The position numbers and the translations under genes are program-made. 64,000 nt of DNA from an uncultured Phycisphaerales bacterium (GTDB lineage Bacteria; Planctomycetota; Phycisphaerae; Tepidisphaerales; Tepidisphaeraceae). This document shows, one piece after another, positions 10,019 through 19,268 of this stretch (position 1 is its first letter; each line of letters opens with the position of its first letter). The DNA lies in contig CAVWVQ010000001.1 in the NCBI GenBank assembly GCA_963758525.1, forward strand, positions 192,001-256,000, read 5' to 3'. Under the pieces are notes generated by a model. The model was given only the letters and a program-made list of their open reading frames with translations, was not told where the DNA came from and searched no databases.

Positions 10019-11954
10019 ATCGGGGTAGGGAAGGCCGGTTTCCCGGCCTCCCCTCCCGCCGAACCGGACTGGCGGTTCTCCCGCATCCGGCTCTCCAGTC
10101 AGTGGGTTCCCGTTCGAGCGGGTTGACAGGCCAAGCGATGGGCTTGTAACAGCGAGAAAAGTCCCAGCTTGGCAAAGTATGCATTGGGCCAGCGGTAGTG
10201 GTCACGACCACCGCCACGTCCACGCCCGCCGTGGCGTCGCCGCAAGATGCTTCGCAGCCTCATACGGATCCACGCGTCCAGCGGAGCGAACGTCTCGCGT
10301 CGGCTGTGTTTGAAGTAGCCAAACCAGCCACGCAGCGTCTGATTGACCGTGCCGATGATGCAGACCATTCGAGTGCCGTTCCGACGTTGGGTCTTTTCAC
10401 GAATGGTGTCTTTGAGTTTCTTGAGGCTCTTGCTCCGGGGTTCTCTTTGACCTTGGCCAAAGTGATAGCCCAGGAAGTCGAAGCCCTTTTGTCGCTCATC
10501 GACGATTCGTGTCTTCTCCGGATGCAGCGTCAGACCGGCTTGCGCCGTCCATCGTTGCACCTCGGCCAGCGCCCGCTCGGCCTCCTCTTGGCTCTGACAC
10601 AGGATCACAAAGTCATCCGCGTAGCGCACCATCTGGAATCCCTGCCGGGCCATCAGATGGTCCAGCGGGTCCAGATAGACGTTACTCAGCAGTGGGCTGA
10701 GCACCGCGCCTTGCGGCGCGCCGGATGCGGGCGTCCACTGGTCCAGTCCTTCCAGCACGCCTTGCGTGAGGAATGATTCGATCAGTTTCAGCACTCGTCC
10801 GTCGGCCACCTTCTGGCTCACCCGCTCCATTAACTGCCGGTGCGGGATCGTGTCAAAGTAGCTTTTCAGATCCGCGTCTACCACGTACCGGTATCCGTCG
10901 TCCAAAAGTTTCTGCACGTGACGCAGCGCGTCTTTGCATCCCCTTCCGGGGCGAAAGCCGTAGCTGTGCTCGTGAAAGTCCTTCTCGAAGATCGGTTCCA
11001 GCACGTGACGCAGCGCGCCCTGAACCACGCGGTCCTGCACAGTCGGTATCCCCAGCGGTCGCCCCTGGGCGCTGCCGGGTTTGGGGATGTAGCACCGGCG
11101 GATCGCCTTGGGCCGATACGTCCCGGCCCTCAGTTCTTCCGTCAGATGCTCGATGTGCTTTTCCACATGGCGCTCGTACTGCTTCACCGTCACATGGTCC
11201 ACGCCTGCCGCTCCCTTGTTGGCCGCCACCTTACTCCATGACGACCAGAGGTTGCTGCGTTTGTAGACTTTATCAATCAGGCTGAACCAGATGCCTCCTT
11301 TGACCCCTTGTTCAAGGGCCTGCAACATGCGCGCTGTCCAGACCGATGGTTCCGCCCATGCCCATCGCGAGCCTGCGCCCGCGATGCGATGGGATTCTTC
11401 GGCTTGCTTAGCCCCGAGTCGGGGCACTCGCGCCGATTGTTGTTCCATTGGTCTATTCATCCCGCATCCACTTTCCTGCGTCCCTTGGCTCCACGCCCGT
11501 TAAGGCGTTTCGTCGCTACTACGGACGCTCTGACTCCTGCCCCGGCGGCTCTTCGACGCCGACTGGTTACGGCGTATGAACTCCGTTCGCTTTCCGGAAC
11601 AGGTCTCCCTGCTTCACGCACCAGCACTTCCAACCATTCCGACTCCAATCACCCTCACGGCCCCGGCATCGCTTTACGAGAGGCTCGTCGCCTCTCTGCA
11701 CGTTACCCTTCAGCTCACCGGGCTTCCCTTGAAAGATGCATCGCTCCCTCGCGGGTCTGGACTTCGCCACTTTTAGGCAGGCTCGTCACCGTTTCAGGCC
11801 GAATCGAGTTCACTTGTGTTTCGGACTGGTCGTTCACCTCCAGTTGCTCTCCACCTGGCCTCACGGCCACGCAGTTACTTTCAGTTACGGGCTGGAGAAC
11901 GCTATGCCCGGAGAGGACTTGCACCTCTCTATGCTGGTACGCTCGCAGGCGCAC
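10019..11954 (-). mobile_element. Group II intron, copy 1 (1936 nt)
   Basis: 5' GTGCG at 11954, domain V GAGCCGGATGCGGGAGAACCGCCAGTCCGGTTC (10061-10093), domain VI and 3' end ...CCTACCCCGAT, internal RT ORF. Confidence 0.92.
10099..11460 (-). CDS. ltrA: Group II intron reverse transcriptase/maturase, no endonuclease domain
   Basis: NKGAAGVD, RPLGIPTVQDRVVQ, SYGFRPGR, PQGAVLSPLLSN, RYADD, GFDFLGY, LRGWFGYF. Confidence 0.93.
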   Translation of the reverse strand: MNRPMEQQSARVPRLGAKQAEESHRIAGAGSRWAWAEPSVWTARMLQALEQGVKGGIWFSLIDKVYKRSNLWSSWSKVAANKGAAGVDHVTVKQYERHVEKHIEHLTEELRAGTYRPKAIRRCYIPKPGSAQGRPLGIPTVQDRVVQGALRHVLEPIFEKDFHEHSYGFRPGRGCKDALRHVQKLLDDGYRYVVDADLKSYFDTIPHRQLMERVSQKVADGRVLKLIESFLTQGVLEGLDQWTPASGAPQGAVLSPLLSNVYLDPLDHLMARQGFQMVRYADDFVILCQSQEEAERALAEVQRWTAQAGLTLHPEKTRIVDERQKGFDFLGYHFGQGQREPRSKSLKKLKDTIREKTQRRNGTRMVCIIGTVNQTLRGWFGYFKHSRRETFAPLDAWIRMRLRSILRRRHGGRGRGGGRDHYRWPNAYFAKLGLFSLLQAHRLACQPARTGTH

Positions 11955-12155
11955 CTAAACCGCTGCGCGGTGGGCAGTCGCCCGGCGTTCGGTACTCTAA
12001 GCATTGCCGCAGCCTTCTCTCTGACGAGCGATTATCAGTTTGCGACACCGCCTTTTTTGTCGGAAATATGCTATGAATACAATCCCCTGTAATAATGTAT
12101 GCGCACGGTTTTTCGGGCTAATTGCTCCCGTGCGTTGACGTCCAAAATCGGTTCA

Positions 12156-12242
12156 GTTCAACAGACTTTATCCAGCGTGCGACAAGCGGTCGCGAGTACC
12201 GGCGTCGCTGGCGCACGCTGGATAAAGTCCTCTTCGTTATCG
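12156..12242 (+). repeat. attC of the ORF-less, intron-carrying cassette
   Basis: GTTCAAC-agactttatccagcgtgcg...cgcacgctggataaagtc-ctcttc-GTTATCG. Confidence 0.85.
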
Positions 12243-12253
12243 GGCACAAGACG

Positions 12254-12811
12254 ATGCCGACCAGCGAATCCATGCGTGGTGCGTTCGCGACCGATGCGGG
12301 CATGCACGCCCTCTGGTCGCCGGAAGCCTTTTCGCAGGTCCATGACTACCAAACGTGGGCGCGGGAACTGGAGGATGACGCAGACATAACACGGCACATC
12401 TCGGCCGGCGACTTCGTCCCGATCAACATCGGCCGAGACATGGTCGCGGAGGTAGAGGTGCGTATGAGCAGCGCGGGCGTGGCTGCGCTTTCGGAGCGAG
12501 AGCGGCGATACCTGTTCCTCGCCTCCGAGCCGTACCGCTTCGTCTCCCGCGGGGCGGTCGCGGTCGGCGGAATCGAGCATGTTGCCGGGGAGGTGACGCG
12601 GTCGACACGGGCGATGCCGTTGGCGGCCGGGCAATGGTCCGTTGTCGTGCACATGATCAACTGGGACGACGAGCCGGGCGCATTCGCGTCCCCGGGCAAG
12701 CCGGCGGTGACGGCCCTGCCGGACTACCTGGTCACGATCAGTCCGGCCGTAAAAGGCCAAGCCTTCCGCGCCGAGCTGCGTACCTTCCCGCCGCCCGGAA
12801 GTGCCCGATAA
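12254..12811 (+). CDS. Cassette hypothetical protein, followed by only the left half of an attC (12806-12860)
   Basis: Cassette start GTTATCGGGCAC complements its end GTGCCCGATAAC. Confidence 0.65.
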   Translation: MPTSESMRGAFATDAGMHALWSPEAFSQVHDYQTWARELEDDADITRHISAGDFVPINIGRDMVAEVEVRMSSAGVAALSERERRYLFLASEPYRFVSRGAVAVGGIEHVAGEVTRSTRAMPLAAGQWSVVVHMINWDDEPGAFASPGKPAVTALPDYLVTISPAVKGQAFRAELRTFPPPGSAR

Positions 12812-12865
12812 CCAGCCAATGCTGTGGACGGCCCCGCGTCGCGTCGAAAGTTTGTCCTTGTTGAA

Positions 12866-13194
12866 ATCGGGGTAGGGAAGGCCGGTTTCCCGGCCTCCCC
12901 TCCCGCCGAACCGGACTGGCGGTTCTCCCGCATCCGGCTCTCCAGTCAGTGGGTTCCCGTTCGAGCGGGTTGACAGGCCAAGCGATGGGCTTGTAACAGC
13001 GAGAAAAGTCCCAGCTTGGCAAAGTATGCATTGGGCCAGCGGTAGTGGTCACGACCACCGCCACGTCCACGCCCGCCGTGGCGTCGCCGCAAGATGCTTC
13101 GCAGCCTCATACGGATCCACGCGTCCAGCGGAGCGAACGTCTCGCGTCGGCTGTGTTTGAAGTAGCCAAACCAGCCACGCAGCGTCTGATTGAC
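12866..13194 (-). pseudogene. 3' fragment of the same group II intron
   Basis: Matches the 3' end of copy 1 (from 10019) and is cut off at the RAYT element. Confidence 0.88.
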
Positions 13195-13195
13195 T

Positions 13196-13990
13196 GGTGA
13201 GGAAAGGGGGTCATCAGCCTTTTCTGCCGATTGAGTTGATGGTATGCTGGTGGAATGGCCCGTAAACCCCGATTCTCTCCCGGCGGTTTGGTGTATCACG
13301 TGATGAACCGCACGCCGGGACGCGTCGAATTGTTCGAAGCTTCCGGCGACTATCAGGCGTTTGAGAAGGTGCTGATTGAGGCGCTGGATCTGCATCGGGG
13401 GATGCGGCTCTGCGCCTATTGCCTGATGCCCAACCATTTCCATCTGGTGCTCTACCCCAAGACCGATGGCCAATTGTCCCGCTTCATGCAATGGCTCACC
13501 ATGACCCATGCCGCCCGCTGGCATGCCCATCGCCACAGCGTGGGGCGGGGGCATCTGTATCAGGGGCGGTTCAGGAGCTTTCCCATTCAGCAGGACGGCC
13601 ATTTTCTGAGCGTCTGCCGCTACGTTGAGCGGAACGCATTGCGGGCCAATCAGGTTGCCAAGGCACAGGACTGGCGGTGGAGCTCGCTATGGGCCCGGGA
13701 TGATCGCAGCAGTGCGATCGCTCCTTTTCTGGCTCCCTGGCCGGTGGAGAGGCCGGCCCGATGGGTGACGCTGGTGAACCGGGCGGAAAGCGAGGAGGAG
13801 CTTGCCGCGTTGCGCCGCGCGGTTGCCCGCGGCCGGCCGTACGGCGATGATCGCTGGTCGCAACGGACGGCGAAGGCGCTGGGCACGGAAAGCTCGTTGC
13901 GCCCGATCGGCCGTCCGAGCAAATCAAAGTCGCGAAAGAAAGGCTGATGGCGGATGCCGGAAGATTGGCTTATGACCCCCTTTCCTCACC
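13196..13990 (+). mobile_element. RAYT/IS200-like Y1 element with 24-bp terminal inverted repeats
   Basis: ggtgaggaaagggggtcatcagcc (13196-13219) and ggcttatgaccccctttcctcacc (13967-13990) are 23/24 complementary. Confidence 0.75.
13255..13947 (+). CDS. REP-associated tyrosine (HUH Y1) transposase
   Basis: YHVMNR, AYCLMPNHFHL, GHLYQGRFRS, YVERNALRA, WRWSS. Confidence 0.88.
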   Translation: MARKPRFSPGGLVYHVMNRTPGRVELFEASGDYQAFEKVLIEALDLHRGMRLCAYCLMPNHFHLVLYPKTDGQLSRFMQWLTMTHAARWHAHRHSVGRGHLYQGRFRSFPIQQDGHFLSVCRYVERNALRANQVAKAQDWRWSSLWARDDRSSAIAPFLAPWPVERPARWVTLVNRAESEEELAALRRAVARGRPYGDDRWSQRTAKALGTESSLRPIGRPSKSKSRKKG

Positions 13991-13994
13991 CGAC

Positions 13995-14280
13995 GCGCTC
14001 AGGCGTCGATCGCGCGCCAAGTGGGTCAAAAATGCCTCGACCTCCGCCGCTCCCAGTTCCCGCGGATGGCGCCAGCGGACCCCCGAGGCCGACGGCGCAA
14101 CCATCGCCGCCGACGAATCATCCATGGCAAGGAACTGATCGATCGCGTCCAGCGGCTTGGTTTCAACGGACTGGCGCAGTAGCGCAGAAACTCTCGAATC
14201 CATCGCTGATAGCACTCGACGGTGCTCCGCGCCAGGCGCAGCCGGGCCGCCACCTCGCCGACGCGCTCCAGCAACATCAT
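13995..14280 (-). pseudogene. intI: 5' fragment of a second intI copy
   Basis: Near-identical to 6750-7035 with several substitutions, truncated at the RAYT element. Confidence 0.85.
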
Positions 14281-14386
14281 GCATCCTAACCTAGCGCATG
14301 AATTCGTCCTGTCAATATTCTGGCGATGAGTTGACACATGTTGCGAAAATAAAGATGATTCTGGAACCGCGAGGGATTTCCTGTAA

Positions 14387-14426
14387 CCGCTATAGGGACC
14401 CCAGCGCGTGAGATTTGTAGTTATGC
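14387..14426 (+). other. attI site, copy 2 (G|TT at 14420-14422)
   Basis: Duplicate of the promoter/attI segment; diverges from copy 1 right after GTT. Confidence 0.75.
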
Positions 14427-14800
14427 ACCCGATGAGCACCGCCCACCAAGACATGCTCGCCGGCGGTTGCGTGTCCATTTGGCTCGGCGACATGGCCGAC
14501 GAGGACGAACTCGACGCATACCTCGGCGAGGACTTCGCCTCCGACTTTGGCTTCGACATCCACGAGCCGAACGGGCCGGAGTACGACATTCAGGATTCGA
14601 CCGACGTTCGTTCGCTGCTGGAGGGGTTCTCGCAGTGGCGGCAATTCGTCGGCGCGGCGGTGGCGGCCGCGGCAGACGCAGGCATCACCGAGGCGACGAC
14701 CGCGGTAGTGTTCTACTCCCTCAAGTACGACCCCGATCTGGCCAACAATCCGGTCGCCCCGCTGCGGTTCATTGGCACGGTTCCGCTGTCGGCCGCGTGA
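14423..14800 (+). CDS. Cassette: immunity protein 22-like (Imm22)
   Basis: VSIWLG..DELDAYL..FASDFG..SLLEGFS..AVVFY..LRFIG pattern; acidic. Family is from recall. Confidence 0.6.
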   Translation: MHPMSTAHQDMLAGGCVSIWLGDMADEDELDAYLGEDFASDFGFDIHEPNGPEYDIQDSTDVRSLLEGFSQWRQFVGAAVAAAADAGITEATTAVVFYSLKYDPDLANNPVAPLRFIGTVPLSAA

Positions 14801-14820
14801 CTCGCGGCATCCCGGCGGTT

Positions 14821-14927
14821 GCATAACCAGCCGCTGCTGTGGACGGGTCCGCACGCGGCTGTTATCGTTCGTCCTCCAACGTCTGTCGGCGCGTGCGTTA
14901 CCCGCCACAGAGCGTCAGTCGTTATGT
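14821..14927 (+). repeat. attC site
   Basis: GCATAAC...GTTATGT. Confidence 0.85.
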
Positions 14928-14937
14928 GCCTCGTCGC

Positions 14938-15210
14938 ATGAGCAGTCCGCCACCCACCATCGACGGTGCCCGTGTCCTCTGGTGGGCATGGGCGGGCGAC
15001 CAGCCATTCGGAACATCCGGCGACATCGAAGTTTTCGGGTTCGCGATCTGCCAGTACGAGTCCGGCAGCCTTTACCGCTTTAGCTGCGATCGAAATTGGG
15101 AAACGGTGAACGACTCTGATCATTGCGACGTCGAGGAAGCGAAGGCGCAAATTCCCCAGAACTATTCGGCAGCCGCCGACAGAATCCACTGGCAGTCGGC
15201 CGGCACATAA
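14938..15210 (+). CDS. Cassette hypothetical protein
   Basis: ORF between attC sites, stop inside R''. Confidence 0.65.
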   Translation: MSSPPPTIDGARVLWWAWAGDQPFGTSGDIEVFGFAICQYESGSLYRFSCDRNWETVNDSDHCDVEEAKAQIPQNYSAAADRIHWQSAGT

Positions 15211-15312
15211 CCAGCCGTTGCTGTGGACGGGCCCGCGTCGCGAATATATTCTCTTCTAATCTGGCGGTTGTCAGCGCGTCGCGTTGCCCGCCACAGAACG
15301 TCATCCGTTGAA
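15205..15312 (+). repeat. attC site
   Basis: ACATAAC...GTTGAA. Confidence 0.85.
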
Positions 15313-17248
15313 ATCGGGGTAGGGAAGGCCGGTTTCCCGGCCTCCCCTCCCGCCGAACCGGACTGGCGGTTCTCCCGCATCCGGCTCTCCAGTCAGTGGG
15401 TTCCCGTTCGAGCGGGTTGACAGGCCAAGCGATGGGCTTGTAACAGCGAGAAAAGTCCCAGCTTGGCAAAGTATGCATTGGGCCAGCGGTAGTGGTCACG
15501 ACCACCGCCACGTCCACGCCCGCCGTGGCGTCGCCGCAAGATGCTTCGCAGCCTCATACGGATCCACGCGTCCAGCGGAGCGAACGTCTCGCGTCGGCTG
15601 TGTTTGAAGTAGCCAAACCAGCCACGCAGCGTCTGATTGACCGTGCCGATGATGCAGACCATTCGAGTGCCGTTCCGACGTTGGGTCTTTTCACGAATGG
15701 TGTCTTTGAGTTTCTTGAGGCTCTTGCTCCGGGGTTCTCTTTGACCTTGGCCAAAGTGATAGCCCAGGAAGTCGAAGCCCTTTTGTCGCTCATCGACGAT
15801 TCGTGTCTTCTCCGGATGCAGCGTCAGACCGGCTTGCGCCGTCCATCGTTGCACCTCGGCCAGCGCCCGCTCGGCCTCCTCTTGGCTCTGACACAGGATC
15901 ACAAAGTCATCCGCGTAGCGCACCATCTGGAATCCCTGCCGGGCCATCAGATGGTCCAGCGGGTCCAGATAGACGTTACTCAGCAGTGGGCTGAGCACCG
16001 CGCCTTGCGGCGCGCCGGATGCGGGCGTCCACTGGTCCAGTCCTTCCAGCACGCCTTGCGTGAGGAATGATTCGATCAGTTTCAGCACTCGTCCGTCGGC
16101 CACCTTCTGGCTCACCCGCTCCATTAACTGCCGGTGCGGGATCGTGTCAAAGTAGCTTTTCAGATCCGCGTCTACCACGTACCGGTATCCGTCGTCCAAA
16201 AGTTTCTGCACGTGACGCAGCGCGTCTTTGCATCCCCTTCCGGGGCGAAAGCCGTAGCTGTGCTCGTGAAAGTCCTTCTCGAAGATCGGTTCCAGCACGT
16301 GACGCAGCGCGCCCTGAACCACGCGGTCCTGCACAGTCGGTATCCCCAGCGGTCGCCCCTGGGCGCTGCCGGGTTTGGGGATGTAGCACCGGCGGATCGC
16401 CTTGGGCCGATACGTCCCGGCCCTCAGTTCTTCCGTCAGATGCTCGATGTGCTTTTCCACATGGCGCTCGTACTGCTTCACCGTCACATGGTCCACGCCT
16501 GCCGCTCCCTTGTTGGCCGCCACCTTACTCCATGACGACCAGAGGTTGCTGCGTTTGTAGACTTTATCAATCAGGCTGAACCAGATGCCTCCTTTGACCC
16601 CTTGTTCAAGGGCCTGCAACATGCGCGCTGTCCAGACCGATGGTTCCGCCCATGCCCATCGCGAGCCTGCGCCCGCGATGCGATGGGATTCTTCGGCTTG
16701 CTTAGCCCCGAGTCGGGGCACTCGCGCCGATTGTTGTTCCATTGGTCTATTCATCCCGCATCCACTTTCCTGCGTCCCTTGGCTCCACGCCCGTTAAGGC
16801 GTTTCGTCGCTACTACGGACGCTCTGACTCCTGCCCCGGCGGCTCTTCGACGCCGACTGGTTACGGCGTATGAACTCCGTTCGCTTTCCGGAACAGGTCT
16901 CCCTGCTTCACGCACCAGCACTTCCAACCATTCCGACTCCAATCACCCTCACGGCCCCGGCATCGCTTTACGAGAGGCTCGTCGCCTCTCTGCACGTTAC
17001 CCTTCAGCTCACCGGGCTTCCCTTGAAAGATGCATCGCTCCCTCGCGGGTCTGGACTTCGCCACTTTTAGGCAGGCTCGTCACCGTTTCAGGCCGAATCG
17101 AGTTCACTTGTGTTTCGGACTGGTCGTTCACCTCCAGTTGCTCTCCACCTGGCCTCACGGCCACGCAGTTACTTTCAGTTACGGGCTGGAGAACGCTATG
17201 CCCGGAGAGGACTTGCACCTCTCTATGCTGGTACGCTCGCAGGCGCAC
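15313..17248 (-). mobile_element. Group II intron, copy 2
   Basis: Same ends, same length and identical RT translation as copy 1. Confidence 0.92.
15393..16754 (-). CDS. ltrA: Group II intron reverse transcriptase/maturase
   Basis: Identical 453-aa translation to 10099-11460. Confidence 0.93.
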   Translation of the reverse strand: MNRPMEQQSARVPRLGAKQAEESHRIAGAGSRWAWAEPSVWTARMLQALEQGVKGGIWFSLIDKVYKRSNLWSSWSKVAANKGAAGVDHVTVKQYERHVEKHIEHLTEELRAGTYRPKAIRRCYIPKPGSAQGRPLGIPTVQDRVVQGALRHVLEPIFEKDFHEHSYGFRPGRGCKDALRHVQKLLDDGYRYVVDADLKSYFDTIPHRQLMERVSQKVADGRVLKLIESFLTQGVLEGLDQWTPASGAPQGAVLSPLLSNVYLDPLDHLMARQGFQMVRYADDFVILCQSQEEAERALAEVQRWTAQAGLTLHPEKTRIVDERQKGFDFLGYHFGQGQREPRSKSLKKLKDTIREKTQRRNGTRMVCIIGTVNQTLRGWFGYFKHSRRETFAPLDAWIRMRLRSILRRRHGGRGRGGGRDHYRWPNAYFAKLGLFSLLQAHRLACQPARTGTH

Positions 17249-17449
17249 CTAAACCGCTGCGCGGTGGGCAGTCGCCCGGTGTTCGGTACTCTAAGCATCG
17301 CCGCAGCCTTCTCTCTGACGAGCGATTATCAGTTTGCGACACCGCCTTTTTTGTCGGAAATATGCTATGAATACAATCCCCTATAATAATGTACGCGCGC
17401 GGTTTTTCGGGCTGATTGCTCCCGTGCGTTGACGTCCAAAATCGGTTCA

Positions 17450-17536
17450 GTTCAACAGACTTTATCCAGCGTGCGACAAGCGGTCGCGAGTACCGGCGTC
17501 GCTGGCGCACGCTGGATAAAGTCCTCTTCGTTATGC
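17450..17536 (+). repeat. attC of the second ORF-less cassette
   Basis: Same sequence as 12156-12238. Confidence 0.85.
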
Positions 17537-17540
17537 AGCC

Positions 17541-18014
17541 ATGGCATGTCGGAGCAAACAACTTACCGCCGCAATGGACTTCGCCTTCGCAGAATTGAAA
17601 CGCCTCGGCGGTAAACCTGACCATTTGCCCGAACCGCTGCGAATCGTCGTCATCATCATCTCGGCTCAAGGCGTGATCGATAACGGCGGTCTGCAATACT
17701 TCCTTGAAGAGGACTTCCCGAACAACCCGCCGTATTCGGTTTTCGTGGATGCGTACCGGACGATAGGTGTTGGAGCCGCTGCCGACGCCATTGCCGCGGC
17801 TGTCGCCTTATTCCCATTCTCCGAGCCTCATCTCTTTAAGAAGAAGCGAAACGAGTTTCTGGATTCATTTAACGACGAGGACGACGAGCCGGTTGATAGT
17901 CCCTTTGAGCCGCTGTCGGACCAGCTGTGTGGTAATCAAACTATATGGCAAGCGCTGGACGCGTATGTCGGTCGGCATAGCCTTGCCTTCCAACAATCCG
18001 GCGGCGGTCGGTAG
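17541..18014 (+). CDS. Cassette: DUF4375/DMP19-like protein (start uncertain)
   Basis: GVIDNGGLQYF...AYRTIG motif; acidic C-terminus. Confidence 0.65.
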   Translation: MACRSKQLTAAMDFAFAELKRLGGKPDHLPEPLRIVVIIISAQGVIDNGGLQYFLEEDFPNNPPYSVFVDAYRTIGVGAAADAIAAAVALFPFSEPHLFKKKRNEFLDSFNDEDDEPVDSPFEPLSDQLCGNQTIWQALDAYVGRHSLAFQQSGGGR

Positions 18015-18017
18015 GCT

Positions 18018-18127
18018 GCATAACCCGCCAATGCTGTGGACGGCCCCGCGTCGCGTCGAAAGTTTGTCCTGGGTATAGTGTTCCTCGGCGCGTCGCGTTG
18101 GCCGCCACAGATTGTCATCCGTTCTCC
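18018..18127 (+). repeat. attC site
   Basis: GCATAAC...GTTCTCC; dominant family. Confidence 0.85.
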
Positions 18128-18143
18128 CGCAGGAGCGTTCCCA

Positions 18144-18578
18144 GTGACCCCCACCGAATCGGACACCGAACTGCGCCGTCGAGTCGGCGTTCCGCTCGAC
18201 AGTCTGGCCGTCCGGCAAGGCATCGAAGCCATGCTGGCCTTTTACGCCGATCAGCGAGCCGACGGCGTCCACATGGACGAAGATGGCGACATGCTTTTAT
18301 TCCAATGGGGCGTGTATAGCTTCTCGGGACCTCCGACTTTTCAGCTTAATCTGACTCGGCAATTCATCTTGCCAGATGAGGACGAGCCGTACCAGCTTTC
18401 GCTGACTTTCCATCATGCGCCTTCCGATCAAATGAAGGCGTTGGAGGCAGGAAATCGCTGGTGTCATTCGACCGATGATCTGCCGGAATTCAGGACGTTC
18501 ATCGATCGTTCGGCAGCAGTCGCAGCAGCAATGGGTTCTCAACCGCTCAAGGTGGATCTCACGTTCAGCCAGTGTTGA
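18144..18578 (+). CDS. Cassette hypothetical protein
   Basis: aggag RBS plus GTG; DGDMLLFQWGVY...LTRQF. Confidence 0.65.
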   Translation: MTPTESDTELRRRVGVPLDSLAVRQGIEAMLAFYADQRADGVHMDEDGDMLLFQWGVYSFSGPPTFQLNLTRQFILPDEDEPYQLSLTFHHAPSDQMKALEAGNRWCHSTDDLPEFRTFIDRSAAVAAAMGSQPLKVDLTFSQC

Positions 18579-18601
18579 GATCATCCGCCATCCGGCCTGC
18601 G

Positions 18602-18711
18602 GGAGAACCAGCCAATGCTGTGGACGGCCCCGCGTCGCGTCGAAAGTTTGTCCTTGGTATAGTGCTCCTCGGCGCGTCGCGTTGCCCGCCACGGAACGTC
18701 ATCCGTTAATG
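18602..18711 (+). repeat. attC site
   Basis: GGAGAAC...GTTAATG. Confidence 0.85.
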
Positions 18712-18727
18712 CTCCAAAGGTCTTCCG

Positions 18728-19258
18728 ATGGGATTCCGCGTGCAACTGATCGCTGTAACGGGGAAGGAACCGCGTGCAATCCAGCGGGACTACGGCGTCC
18801 TGCCCTCGGGTGATCGCGAAGAAATTCCCGAGTCCCCGATCGTCGGAGCAGCGCTGCCAAACGACGTCTATCTGCTGTACATCAACGACCCGAGCAAGAT
18901 CATTCCTGATGATAAGGTCTTCGCTCGTCTCTCAGAAGGCGCGTCGCTGGTTGCCTGTTACGCCAACGAGACCGTAATGAACAGCTATAGCTGCGGTTGG
19001 GCAAACGGCGCAGAGAAGTGGTCTGTTTTCCACGACGCCCAACAGGATATCAAACACCTTGAAACGAGCGGGAATCTTCCGCCGGAGTTCCACGCCATTC
19101 GCGATCGACTTTTCGCGGAGCAAGAAGGCGGTGATGGTGGCACTGACTTCGTTTTCGATATCCCAGTCGAGTTGTTTGCCGCTCTTGGGGGCATCAGATA
19201 CGACCATGACATTCCGGGTGCGGGACCTGACCCGTGGGAAATTCTGGACCCGCAGTAG
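18728..19258 (+). CDS. Cassette hypothetical protein
   Basis: 176-aa ORF between attC sites. Confidence 0.7.
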   Translation: MGFRVQLIAVTGKEPRAIQRDYGVLPSGDREEIPESPIVGAALPNDVYLLYINDPSKIIPDDKVFARLSEGASLVACYANETVMNSYSCGWANGAEKWSVFHDAQQDIKHLETSGNLPPEFHAIRDRLFAEQEGGDGGTDFVFDIPVELFAALGGIRYDHDIPGAGPDPWEILDPQ

Positions 19259-19268
19259 CAGCGGTGCG

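Noticed and set aside
10099..11460. RT as a retron, DGR or defence RT
   Set aside because: It has maturase features and lies within GTGCG...domain V/VI...AT intron boundaries.
12946..13602. 218-aa minus-strand ORF as a novel fusion gene
   Set aside because: It is the antisense of the transposase running by chance into the intron fragment.
7470..18711. Recurring ~110-bp repeats as a CRISPR array
   Set aside because: They are long imperfect palindromes with AAC/GTT ends separated by whole genes, i.e. attC sites. No cas genes are present.
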